From assembly GCA_038209745.1 (NCBI GenBank), contig JBBQXJ010000088.1, positions 1 through 19,375 of the forward strand: DNA of 19,375 nt. Reading direction: 5' to 3'. Below are positions 9,267-17,600 of the stretch, in pieces. This DNA is from Verrucomicrobiota bacterium (lineage in GTDB: Bacteria > Verrucomicrobiota > Verrucomicrobiia > Limisphaerales > CANJSG01). How positions within the stretch are numbered: the first letter of the stretch is position 1; each line of letters opens with the position of its first letter. A program made the position numbers and the translations under genes. Under the pieces are notes generated by a model. The model made no database searches. It was not told the origin of the DNA and was given only the letters and a program-made list of their open reading frames with translations.

Positions 9267-11063
9267 ATGCCCTTCATCTCTCGCCTTGGTCGGCTCGCGT
9301 TCGGGTTTCTCGTGTGCGGGTCGGTCGGGTTCTCGGCGCACGCCCAAAACGACTACAAGCTCGCTCCCGAATCGACCGAACGCGCTCCCGGCGTTCCGAA
9401 GGGCCGCGTTGAAAAGTTCCAGTTTACCGAGTCCAAGGTCTTCGCCGACACCGCGCGGGACTGTTGGATCTACATCCCGGCGCAATACGACGGCTCCAAG
9501 CCCGCCGCGTTGATGGTCTTCCAGGACGGCGGCGGCTATGTCGGTGAAACCGGCGGCCAGCGCGCGCCGATCGTCTTCGACAACCTGATCGCCAAGGGCG
9601 AGATGCCCGTGACCATCGCCGTCTTCATCAATCCCGGCACCCGCGTCGCCACCGACTCGTCGGCCGAAGGCGCCCAGAACCGCAGCAATCGCAGCTTCGA
9701 ATACGACTCGCTCGGCGACGCCTACTCCAAGTTTCTGATCAACGAGTTCCTCCCCTTCATCACCCGGAAGTTCGGCGTGAAGCTCACCGACGACCCTGAA
9801 CTGCGCGCCATCGGCGGCATGAGCAGCGGCGCCATCTGCGCCTTCACCGTCGCCTGGGAACGGCCCGACCAGTTCCGCAAGGTGCTCTCGCAGATCGGCA
9901 GCTTCACCAACATCCGCGGCGGCGACGTCTATCCATTCTGGATCCGCAAGACCGAGCGGAAACCCCTGCGCGTGTTCCTGCAGGACGGCTCGAACGACTT
10001 GAACAACCTCCACGGCAACTGGCCGCTGGCGAACCAGTCGATGGCCAGCGCCCTCGGCTTCATGGGCTACGACTACCAGTTCGTCCTCGGCACCGGCAGC
10101 CACAGCGGGAACCACGGCGGCGCGATCCTGCCCGACACCCTCCGTTGGCTCTGGCGGCCCACGCTCGCCGAACTGCCCAAACCGCTGACCAAGGACAATC
10201 TCGGCGGCGACGAAGCGCTCTCCAAGGTGTTGGCCGAGGGTGGCAAACCGGGAGACTGGGAACTGATCGGCGAAGGCTACGGGTTCACCGATGGAGCGTG
10301 TGGCGATGCGGAAGGCAACTTCTACTTCAGCGACCTCGGTAAATCCGTGGTCTACCGCGTCGCGGCCAACGGGACCAAGCCCATGGCGTGGCTCGAAGGC
10401 GGGCCCAAGATCAGCGGCCTGAAGTTCGGGCCCGACGGCAAGCTCTACGCCGCGACCCAGGGAGGCGGCGCCGCCGACGCCAAGCAGATCGTCGTCATTG
10501 ATCCCGCGACCAAAGCCATCGAGACCGTCGCCGTCCAAGTGCAGCCCAACGACCTCATCGTCTCCAAGGCCGGCTGGATCTACTTCACCGACACCGCCGC
10601 CGGCCAGGTCATCGGTCTGCCCATCAGCGCGCGGAACCTGCCCCGGCCCCACGCCGTCGCCGGCGGAATCAAGCAGCCCAACGGCATCGGCCTCACGCCC
10701 GACCAGCGCCAGCTCATCGTCAGCGAATACGGCGGGAGCAACGCATGGACTTTCCTCATCGCGGACGACGGTTCGCTGCGGGGCGGAGAGAAGAACATGG
10801 AACTGCGCACGCCGGTCGGGAAGAACGACAGCGGCGGCGACGGCCTGACCACCGACGCGGCCAGCCGCTACTGGATCACGAGCAACCTCGGCATCCAGAT
10901 GTTCGACGCCAACGGCCGGATGGGCGGCATCGTCTCGCGCCCTCAGGAAAAGGGCACGGTGAGCTGCGCCTTCGCCGGTCCCGGCCGGAGCTACCTCTAC
11001 GTCTGCAGCAGCGACAAGGTCTATCGCCGCAAGACGCTGACCGCAGGCGCTGTCATTCCTTGA
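9267..11063 (+). CDS. Secreted fusion of an enterochelin-esterase-like alpha/beta hydrolase and an SMP-30/gluconolactonase domain
   Basis: Signal peptide; MVFQDG, NRSFEYD and the nucleophile elbow GGMSSGAI; C-terminal GFTDG..FYFSD, PND, PNGIGL and GDGLTTD propeller motifs. Confidence 0.85.
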   Translation: MPFISRLGRLAFGFLVCGSVGFSAHAQNDYKLAPESTERAPGVPKGRVEKFQFTESKVFADTARDCWIYIPAQYDGSKPAALMVFQDGGGYVGETGGQRAPIVFDNLIAKGEMPVTIAVFINPGTRVATDSSAEGAQNRSNRSFEYDSLGDAYSKFLINEFLPFITRKFGVKLTDDPELRAIGGMSSGAICAFTVAWERPDQFRKVLSQIGSFTNIRGGDVYPFWIRKTERKPLRVFLQDGSNDLNNLHGNWPLANQSMASALGFMGYDYQFVLGTGSHSGNHGGAILPDTLRWLWRPTLAELPKPLTKDNLGGDEALSKVLAEGGKPGDWELIGEGYGFTDGACGDAEGNFYFSDLGKSVVYRVAANGTKPMAWLEGGPKISGLKFGPDGKLYAATQGGGAADAKQIVVIDPATKAIETVAVQVQPNDLIVSKAGWIYFTDTAAGQVIGLPISARNLPRPHAVAGGIKQPNGIGLTPDQRQLIVSEYGGSNAWTFLIADDGSLRGGEKNMELRTPVGKNDSGGDGLTTDAASRYWITSNLGIQMFDANGRMGGIVSRPQEKGTVSCAFAGPGRSYLYVCSSDKVYRRKTLTAGAVIP

Positions 11064-11160
11064 ACGACCCGTCTTGTGGGTCCATTTTTGCTTCGAGGTG
11101 CCCAAATGGGGGCCGCCCATTGCGCGCACGCCAGAACAAACGTAAGCCTTGCCCCGTTGT

Positions 11161-11565
11161 ATGACTCTGCCCGAACGGAACCGCCTCGACGCGTTGCGCG
11201 CCGCCCTCGTCCGCCTCCACAAGTCGCTGCTCGATTCGGAGCGGATCGGCTACGAACAGGCGTTCGGCACCATCCCCTCGGCGCAGGATTTTCTGCGGCT
11301 GCTGCTCCAGGATCCGTGGTTCGCGTGGCTGCAACCGATCTCGCTCCTGATCGTGAAGATGGACGAAGCGCTCGACGCAAAAGACGGTGGACCCACGGTC
11401 AACTTCAGCGAGTGGATCACCCAGACCCGAAACCTGCTTGTGGCCTCGGAGATCGGGAAGGGCTTTCCGAAGCACTATGACGACGCCCTGCAACGCGATC
11501 CGAACGTGGTCATGGAGCACGCCGGCGTGATGATCCTGCTGCGGGACCCGGCACCGCCGGCTTAG
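11161..11565 (+). CDS. Hypothetical protein, probably helical
   Basis: ATG at 11161; GC3-rich codons; protein-like sequence LVRLHKSLLDSER...DPWFAWLQPISLLIV. Function not recognisable. Confidence 0.75.
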   Translation: MTLPERNRLDALRAALVRLHKSLLDSERIGYEQAFGTIPSAQDFLRLLLQDPWFAWLQPISLLIVKMDEALDAKDGGPTVNFSEWITQTRNLLVASEIGKGFPKHYDDALQRDPNVVMEHAGVMILLRDPAPPA

Positions 11566-11580
11566 GGCGGAACGATGCAG

Positions 11581-11707
11581 TGGGGATCGGGGAGCGCGCC
11601 CGCCCCGGGCGCAGTGGACCGCGCCCTCGCGGTCCATCGGAGGCGCAGGGAAACGATTCACCGCCCGGTGTGTCCGGGCGCGGCAGCCGGGGCGGCTGCG
11701 ATCCCCA
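11581..11707. repeat. REP-like composite palindromic element
   Basis: Outer inverted repeat TGGGGATCG (11581-11589)/CGATCCCCA (11699-11707) encloses four perfect hairpins: 11596-11612, 11615-11636, 11662-11680 and 11683-11699. Confidence 0.6.
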
Positions 11708-11812
11708 TCCATTTCCACTGCCTCGTTCCGGCTGAGGGCGTCTCCGAAGGTCCCGGCTCAATTGGCGGATTTTCAGGCGGCGTCCGTGGTGAAAGCACGC
11801 GAACGAATCCCC

Positions 11813-11845
11813 GGCCGTTGGGCAGATGCAACGGCCACATTTTTT
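11813..11845 (+). terminator. Possible intrinsic terminator
   Basis: 8-bp stem GGCCGTTG (11813-11820)/CAACGGCC (11829-11836), followed by ACA and a T6 run. Confidence 0.35.
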
Positions 11846-11913
11846 CGATGGCGCACGGTTGCGCGTCGAATCGCCGGAAACTTTTCAGAATACGGTCAGA
11901 AATCTCCGCCTGA

Positions 11914-11931
11914 CGTCATGGGATGCCGATG
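11914..11931 (-). mobile_element. Possible isolated IS terminal inverted repeat related to the IS end at 19238
   Basis: Reverse complement CATCGGCATCCCATGACG matches CATCGGCGTCCGAAGGCG (19238-19255) at 14 of 18 positions, including the first 7. Confidence 0.35.
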
Positions 11932-12130
11932 GGTGCAAAGGTCTCGCGGTCTAGGAGCAGGCTCAGGTCGCGGGCGGAACTGCGGGCCAGCGTGCGGTTT
12001 TTCTCGGAAGGAACCGCCTATGGAAAGACAGACGAGGAAAGGCGGCGGTTTTCATGGCAGCATTCGGAGCGCCGGCCAGTCCCGGCGGCCTCTCAACCTA
12101 AGAAATAAACGAAGCGGACGTCGATCTTGC

Positions 12131-12154
12131 GGTGCCTGCCAAATACAAGGCACC
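12131..12154. promoter_or_regulatory. Inverted repeat just upstream of dndC, possible operator
   Basis: GGTGCCT-N10-AGGCACC ends 12 nt before the dndC ATG. Confidence 0.3.
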
Positions 12155-12166
12155 TTTCGGTGACCG

Positions 12167-13336
12167 ATGTCAGATCCCGTTGTCCAAGACGCGCCCCACG
12201 CCCTCGACGAGCTTCATGCCAAGCTGAGGCTTATCCGGCGCGAACTCCGCGACGAATACCTCCAACCCCACGCGCATCCGTGGATCATCGGCTTCTCCGG
12301 CGGCAAGGACTCCACCCTCCTCCTCCATTTCGTTCTGGAGGCCATTCGCAGCGTGGCCCCGGACGAGCGGAAGCGCGCCGTCCATGTCGTCAGCAATAAC
12401 ACGCTCGTCGAGTCGCCCATCTTCCAGGACTTCGTGGACCGCTTGCTGGAGCGGCTGGAGGACAGCCTGGAAGGGTTGAACGTCCCTGTAAGCGTCGTCC
12501 GCACCAAACCGCTTCCCGAGGAGAGCTTCTGGGTGAACCTCCTGGGCAAGGGCTATCCCGCCCCCAACCGCACCTTCCGCTGGTGCACCGACCGGATGAA
12601 GATCCGGCCCACCTCCCGCCTTATCCGCAGCCTGGTGGACGCCAATGGCGAGGCCATCCTCCTGCTCGGCGTGCGGCGGGCCGAATCGGCCACCCGGGCC
12701 AACGCCATCTCCCGCCACGAGGACGCCGACAAGGGCCGACTCTCCCCCCACTCCGACCACAAGGGCGTCTCCATCTTCTCCCCTATCAAGGACCTGACCA
12801 ACGAGGACGTCTGGCTCACCCTGCTCAACAGCCGACCGCCGTGGGGCGGCAGCTACCGCGAGCTGGTCACCCTCTACAAGAACGCCGCCGGCGGCGAATG
12901 CCCCTTCGTCATGACCGTGGGCGATGCCCCCTCCTGCGGCTCCTCCTCCGCCCGCTTCGGCTGTTGGACCTGCACCGTCGTCGAGAAGGACAACTCCCTC
13001 GCCGCGCTGATCGAGGCCGGCCACGACCATCTGGAGCCGTTGGCCGACTTCCGCGACCGGCTCAAGCAGGTCAGCCAGTCGCCTCAATACCGCAAGACCA
13101 TCCGCCGCAATGGCCAGCACGGCATGGGGCCGCTCACCCCGGAAGCCCGGCGGATGCTGTTGGACGAGCTGCTCGCCCTGCGGGCGGAAGCCGACTTTCC
13201 GCTCATCTCCGACCATGAAGTCCGGCTTATTCGGGAGCAGTGGGAGAAGGACAAGACACAGGATTTGGTCCGGGCCTTGGCGCTGGAGGAGAATCTGGAA
13301 CCCCGTCTGCTGATTCTCAATGGAGCCGTCTGCTGA
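12167..13336 (+). CDS. dndC: DNA phosphorothioation protein DndC (PAPS-reductase-like, Fe-S)
   Basis: PP-loop IGFSGGKDS; NTLVESP, SFWVNLLGKGYPAP, FRWCTDRMKIRP, LGVRRAES, GECP and SCG..RFGCWTCTVV motifs; upstream of dndD/dndE-like genes. Confidence 0.95.
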   Translation: MSDPVVQDAPHALDELHAKLRLIRRELRDEYLQPHAHPWIIGFSGGKDSTLLLHFVLEAIRSVAPDERKRAVHVVSNNTLVESPIFQDFVDRLLERLEDSLEGLNVPVSVVRTKPLPEESFWVNLLGKGYPAPNRTFRWCTDRMKIRPTSRLIRSLVDANGEAILLLGVRRAESATRANAISRHEDADKGRLSPHSDHKGVSIFSPIKDLTNEDVWLTLLNSRPPWGGSYRELVTLYKNAAGGECPFVMTVGDAPSCGSSSARFGCWTCTVVEKDNSLAALIEAGHDHLEPLADFRDRLKQVSQSPQYRKTIRRNGQHGMGPLTPEARRMLLDELLALRAEADFPLISDHEVRLIREQWEKDKTQDLVRALALEENLEPRLLILNGAVC

Positions 13337-14219
13337 CAAGTGGTTATCCAAGCTGGGCCGCTTGCGAATCGACCGGAAAGATAACCCAGCTCCGCATAAG
13401 CCGCTCCTTCTCTTGACCGTCATCGAGATGGTCGAAAAGGGCTTCTTGAAAGAACCCGTTCTTCCATTTTCCGGAGAGCTGACTTTTCGCTTTATGACGC
13501 TGTGGCCGGTGGTCGCCGGGCGGCGGAGTCAGAGACCTGAGGTTTGGCTTCCTTTTTATCATCTCCGAACCTCCGGCGTCTGGGTTCCTCTCGACGCGTC
13601 TGGAAGCCCAACGGAAGAGCGCCGCCGAGTCGCTTCGGCGCGAATTGCCCTTGAGTTCTTCGATTGCCTGCTGGAACCCGAGTTCCGGGAAAAGCTTCGG
13701 GTCCTGCTGATAGATCGCTACTTCACCGATTCTGCGGAACGGGCTGCGTTAGCGGAATTCGCCGGTGTTACGCTGGAGCAGTCTAGCGAGCTGAATGATC
13801 GGGTTGATCGATATGAAGTCGCCCTTCGGATTGTCCGTGAGGTTCGCTTCCGGCTCGGGGTGGTTCCTGCCTTCGACTACACCTGCGCGCTCACGGGATA
13901 CCGGCTCGTCACCGCCGCTGCGGGAAGCATCGTTGACGCGGCGCATATCCACCAGTTCGCCGCCAGTCAGAACAACGATCTGCGGAACGGAATCGCGCTG
14001 TCCAAGAATGCCCATTGGACTTTTGACCAAGGTCTCTGGTCTCTGACGGACGACTATCGGGTGATCTTGGCGAAGGATCGTTTCAACGAGTCAGGCCCAC
14101 AGAGCCTTTTGTTATCCAGTTTCGAGGGACGACGCATCCATCTGCCCAAGCGTAAAGACCAATGGCCCGACGTTCGCCACCTTGAGTGGCATCGAAGGAA
14201 TAAGTTTGGGCGAATCTGA
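13320..14219 (+). CDS. HNH endonuclease with an N-terminal sulfur-binding-domain (SBD)-like region; putative restriction endonuclease
   Basis: N-terminal PAPHKPLLLL and LPFYHL motifs; C-terminal YTCALTG, VDAAHI, NGIALSKNAHWTFDQG and LEWHR motifs. Codon usage is less GC3-biased than in dndC and dndD. Confidence 0.85.
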   Translation: MEPSADKWLSKLGRLRIDRKDNPAPHKPLLLLTVIEMVEKGFLKEPVLPFSGELTFRFMTLWPVVAGRRSQRPEVWLPFYHLRTSGVWVPLDASGSPTEERRRVASARIALEFFDCLLEPEFREKLRVLLIDRYFTDSAERAALAEFAGVTLEQSSELNDRVDRYEVALRIVREVRFRLGVVPAFDYTCALTGYRLVTAAAGSIVDAAHIHQFAASQNNDLRNGIALSKNAHWTFDQGLWSLTDDYRVILAKDRFNESGPQSLLLSSFEGRRIHLPKRKDQWPDVRHLEWHRRNKFGRI

Positions 14220-15994
14220 CCTTCACCCCCGCTCTGGAGAACCATCGGGACGAGAAGAAATTCCGGATCATCCGGCGGTGGTTCTTCACCGGTTCGAATC
14301 AGCCCAAACAGGGCGACGCCTTCGAGGAGCTGGAGGTCCACGTCGGCGACAACATCATCCGCAGCGTCAACCCGCATGAACGGATCGAGCGGGAGCTGTT
14401 CCCGGCCCATGTGGCCCCGGCGTTCTTCTTCGATGGCGAGCAGGCGCAGTCCCTGATCGAGGGTTCCGGCGAGGCCGGCATCCGCAAGGCGTTGGACACG
14501 ATGTTCGGCGCGTCGGTGCTGGAGGAATTGCAGGACACTCTCGGTGGCTATCTGTCTCGCACTCATGCTCTCTTGGGCGGAAAGACGAAAGCCTCGGCAC
14601 GCCAGGAGCAGTTGGACGCCAAGGTGGCAGCCCAAACCGAGTTGAACCGGAAGATTGGCAAAGCCGAGAAACAGTTGGTCGAACTCCACACGGAGAAGGA
14701 GAACACCGACCGGGAACGCAACCAACTGCGCGATGAACTGGCTCGGGCCGGTGGTGTCGGCGGCGACGCCACCCGCATCAAACAGGAGTTCCAGGAAGCC
14801 GAGAGCCGGAAAGAAGCCGCCGAGAAAGCCGTGACTCGCTTGGCGACCGAGATGGGGCTGGTCCTGGCTGTCAGCCGGCTCGATCCGCTGGTTCGCCGCC
14901 AGTTGAACCGGGAACGGTTGCGCGAGGACTACGAGAACCTCCGCCAGGGCACGCTCGACAAGCGGGAACGCGTGCTGATGGAAGCCATGCCCGAGCCGCC
15001 GGAGAAAGATCCCTTGCTCGGCAACATCGCCCCCGCCGTCCGGGAAAAGGTGAAGCAGCGCATCCTCAAGGCGCTCCAGGCCATCTACGAGCCGCCCGAC
15101 CCGGACATCGCGGACAACTTCCTGCTGGGCCATGTGCGCGGCGCGCGGCGCAAAGAGGTGCTGACCCGCTTGGACGAGACCCGCACGTTCGCCTACGACC
15201 AGGTGCGTTCCGTGGCCAAGGCTCTGCGCGACGCCCGCGACGCCTACGAGGACGCCAAGGCGCGTTTCGCGAAGCTGGGCAACCAGTCCACCGAGACCAA
15301 GGATTTGGCCGAACGCATCCGCAAGCTCGACGAACGCGCGGACGACCTGGTCCGACGCATCACCACGGTGGAAAACGAGATCAAGTCGGGCAAGGCCGAT
15401 TGCCACAATCTCTCCGTGGAGATCGGCAATCTCCGGGAAGAGCTGGCCAAGCTGGAACCGGAGCAACGGCGCATCGCCGTCGCCGACCGGGCCTCACGGG
15501 CGGTCGCCGCGATCCTCGAACGGCTCAAGCCCGTCACGACCCAGCGTCTGGAAGAGCACGTCACCAAACATTTCCGCGCCATCGCCGACCCGCGTTTCCG
15601 CCACGGCCAGATCGTGTTCGCCGAAAGCGGCGAGCCGCACCTGAACCTGGGCGGGGAGAACAAGGCGCTGCTCAGCTCCATGAGCGGCTTCGAGCGGCGT
15701 TCCTTCGGCATCGCCTTCTCGCTGGCTCTGGCCGAAATCACCCGCCGCCGCGTCCCGCTCATCATCGACACCCCGCTGGGCAACGCCGATTCGCAGTATC
15801 GCCCCCGCACGCTGGACGCGCTCCGCAAGTTCGACTGCGACCAGGTGATCATCCTCACCCACGACCGCGAGGTGACGGCGGACCTGCTGGAACACATCCA
15901 GGGCCACGTCTGCCAGAAGTTCCTCGTCGAGTTCGACCCGGAGCAGCAGCGCTCCGTGGTCCATCGCAACCGCTTTTTCTTCGAAGACCGATGA
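14216..15994 (+). pseudogene. dndD: DndD (SMC/ABC-like ATPase), 5'-truncated, without start codon or Walker A
   Basis: The frame is open from an in-frame TAA at 14201-14203 and reads LTFTPALEN...FRIIRRWFFTG...APAFFFDGE, then coiled coil, MSGFER signature, IIDTPLG Walker B and QVIILTHDRE. No GxNGxGKT motif and no ATG, GTG or TTG before GTG 14411. Confidence 0.85.
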
Positions 15995-17559
15995 ACACCG
16001 AATTCAAGGAGGCCGTTTTCAAGGGGCAGTTCAAGCCCACGCAGCCGGCCCACGAACTGGAGGACAAGCTGAAGGCCAAGTTCGGCCTGACGCACCGTTA
16101 CGCCGCGGCCCGGCTGATGATCGGCCGCTCCTTGGCCGAGCCGGAGCCGCCGCCCGCGCTGCCGGCGGCGGCGAGCTTCGGTAAGTCGCTGCCTGGCGAA
16201 ATGCTCTTCGGCGACGACCTGGACCTGTGGCTCTGCGCGTTGATCCTCGACGCCAACCTTCCGGTCGGGGCTTCGGTCGAACATCTGCGTCTCAACGTGG
16301 AAGCCCACTGGGCGCGTGGAGCCCGGCTGGTGCTGAACGATCTGGAAGAGAGCGAACAAGACGCGGCCAAGCTGATCATGCGCCTAGCGGGGCAGTTGCC
16401 GGAGGACGGCCGAGAGGCGGTGCAGCACGCGCCGTCTGGCGCCGCGAAGTCCCATGCCGCTGCGGTCCAGGTGAAGGTCGGCTCCGTCAGCACGACCTTC
16501 GACACGAAGCCGGGCTCAAAATCGGAACCGGTGGACTTCTGCCTGGACGGGCCCGGCAACTCGCCGCACCTCGCCCTGATGGGTCGCACCCGCAGCGGAA
16601 AAACCACTACTGGCATCCAAATGGCCCGGAGCATCGTCGAGCAGGCCCGCATTCCCATGCTGCTGATCGACCCGCAGGGAACCTTCATCACCGACGGCAA
16701 ACTCAACGACAAGCTGCCGCCGGGGTTCGGCGACATCCAACCCATCGAGGTCGGATTGAAGCCCATTCCCCTCGACTTCCTGCCCAACGCCAATGTCGGC
16801 CACGTCGCCATCCAGAACGCGGCCATGACCCTGCGCGACAGCATCTGTCTTTGTTGCAAGTCACCCGGCGACCTGATGCGTTCGCGCCTCATCCAGTCCA
16901 TCGAGCAGGTCATCACCACGGGCGACAGCCGCAGTCTCCAGTCGATCAAGGACACCTATGAACAGCGGTTGGAGATCGACGGCGTGGAGATCGACAGCAT
17001 CGCCGCGCGGCTTGACGAACTGACCCGTTTCCAGTGCTTCGCCCCCGAGATGTCCGCCACGGATTTCTTTTCCCGATCCTGGGTCGTCAGCCTGATGCAC
17101 ATCCAGTCCGAGGAGTTGAAGCGCCTGGTCATGCTGCTGCTGCTCGACGCCACCGCGATGCACTTTCTGGCCCAGCCCGAGGCGCCGCTGAAGGACGGCT
17201 TCCGGCAGATGCGGCAGATGGTGGTCATCGACGAGGCGCGGAAGATCCTTCAGGAACGCAAGTCCGAGTCCGTCGTTCAGCTCATCACCCGCAGCGCGGC
17301 CAAGGGCGTGTCCGTGATGCTGCTCTCGCAGGACCCGAGCGACTTCGACGGGCACGACTACGACTTCACCACGCAGCTCGGTGCGGTGGTCTCCTTCTGT
17401 TGCAACCAGACCCAGCGCGGCCTGCGGTCGCTCACCGGCGTCTATGGCCGCAAGCTGTTGGCTGAGGAATTCAGCGACTCCCACCTCGCCCCCGGCATCG
17501 CCTTCGCCAAGCTGCCGAACCGCGAGGCGATGCGCATCCGGTGCTGGAAGGCGGGGTGA
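15991..17559 (+). CDS. dndE: DndE domain fused to a HerA/FtsK-like P-loop ATPase (DndEi-like)
   Basis: ATG 15991 overlaps the dndD stop (ATGA). N-terminus resembles DndE (KFGL..RYAAARLMIGRSL, LFGDD, EAHWARG). C-terminus has GRTRSGKTT (Walker A), LLIDPQG, VVIDEA (Walker B) and KGVSVMLLSQ. Confidence 0.8.
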   Translation: MNTEFKEAVFKGQFKPTQPAHELEDKLKAKFGLTHRYAAARLMIGRSLAEPEPPPALPAAASFGKSLPGEMLFGDDLDLWLCALILDANLPVGASVEHLRLNVEAHWARGARLVLNDLEESEQDAAKLIMRLAGQLPEDGREAVQHAPSGAAKSHAAAVQVKVGSVSTTFDTKPGSKSEPVDFCLDGPGNSPHLALMGRTRSGKTTTGIQMARSIVEQARIPMLLIDPQGTFITDGKLNDKLPPGFGDIQPIEVGLKPIPLDFLPNANVGHVAIQNAAMTLRDSICLCCKSPGDLMRSRLIQSIEQVITTGDSRSLQSIKDTYEQRLEIDGVEIDSIAARLDELTRFQCFAPEMSATDFFSRSWVVSLMHIQSEELKRLVMLLLLDATAMHFLAQPEAPLKDGFRQMRQMVVIDEARKILQERKSESVVQLITRSAAKGVSVMLLSQDPSDFDGHDYDFTTQLGAVVSFCCNQTQRGLRSLTGVYGRKLLAEEFSDSHLAPGIAFAKLPNREAMRIRCWKAG

Positions 17560-17600
17560 TATGACAGATTGGATAAAGCTTACAAACCAGCTCACAAAAA

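Noticed and set aside
11626..11951. 9-bp direct repeat CTCGCGGTC (11626-11634 and 11943-11951) as the target duplication of a MITE
   Set aside because: The right copy is 11 nt away from the putative IR, the left copy is part of a hairpin and the CATCGG match at 11635 is weak.
12116..12130. Sigma-54-like GG...TTGC promoter upstream of dndC
   Set aside because: GG-to-GC spacing is 11 nt rather than the required 10.
11566..12166. tRNA, integrase att site or CRISPR array at the island boundary
   Set aside because: No cloverleaf or T-loop motif, no regularly spaced repeats and no integrase seen.
14216..14219. CTG start coupled to the HNH stop, or an HNH-DndD frameshift fusion
   Set aside because: No evident slippery site, and either product would still lack Walker A.
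15400..15990. N-terminal extension of the 719-aa ORF
   Set aside because: It overlaps dndD out of frame and is Arg/Pro-rich noise; the ATGA overlap at 15991 marks the likely start.
14411..15994. DndD as an intact 527-aa protein starting at GTG 14411
   Set aside because: DndD-like coding continues upstream to about 14216 and Walker A is absent, so the GTG is an internal codon.
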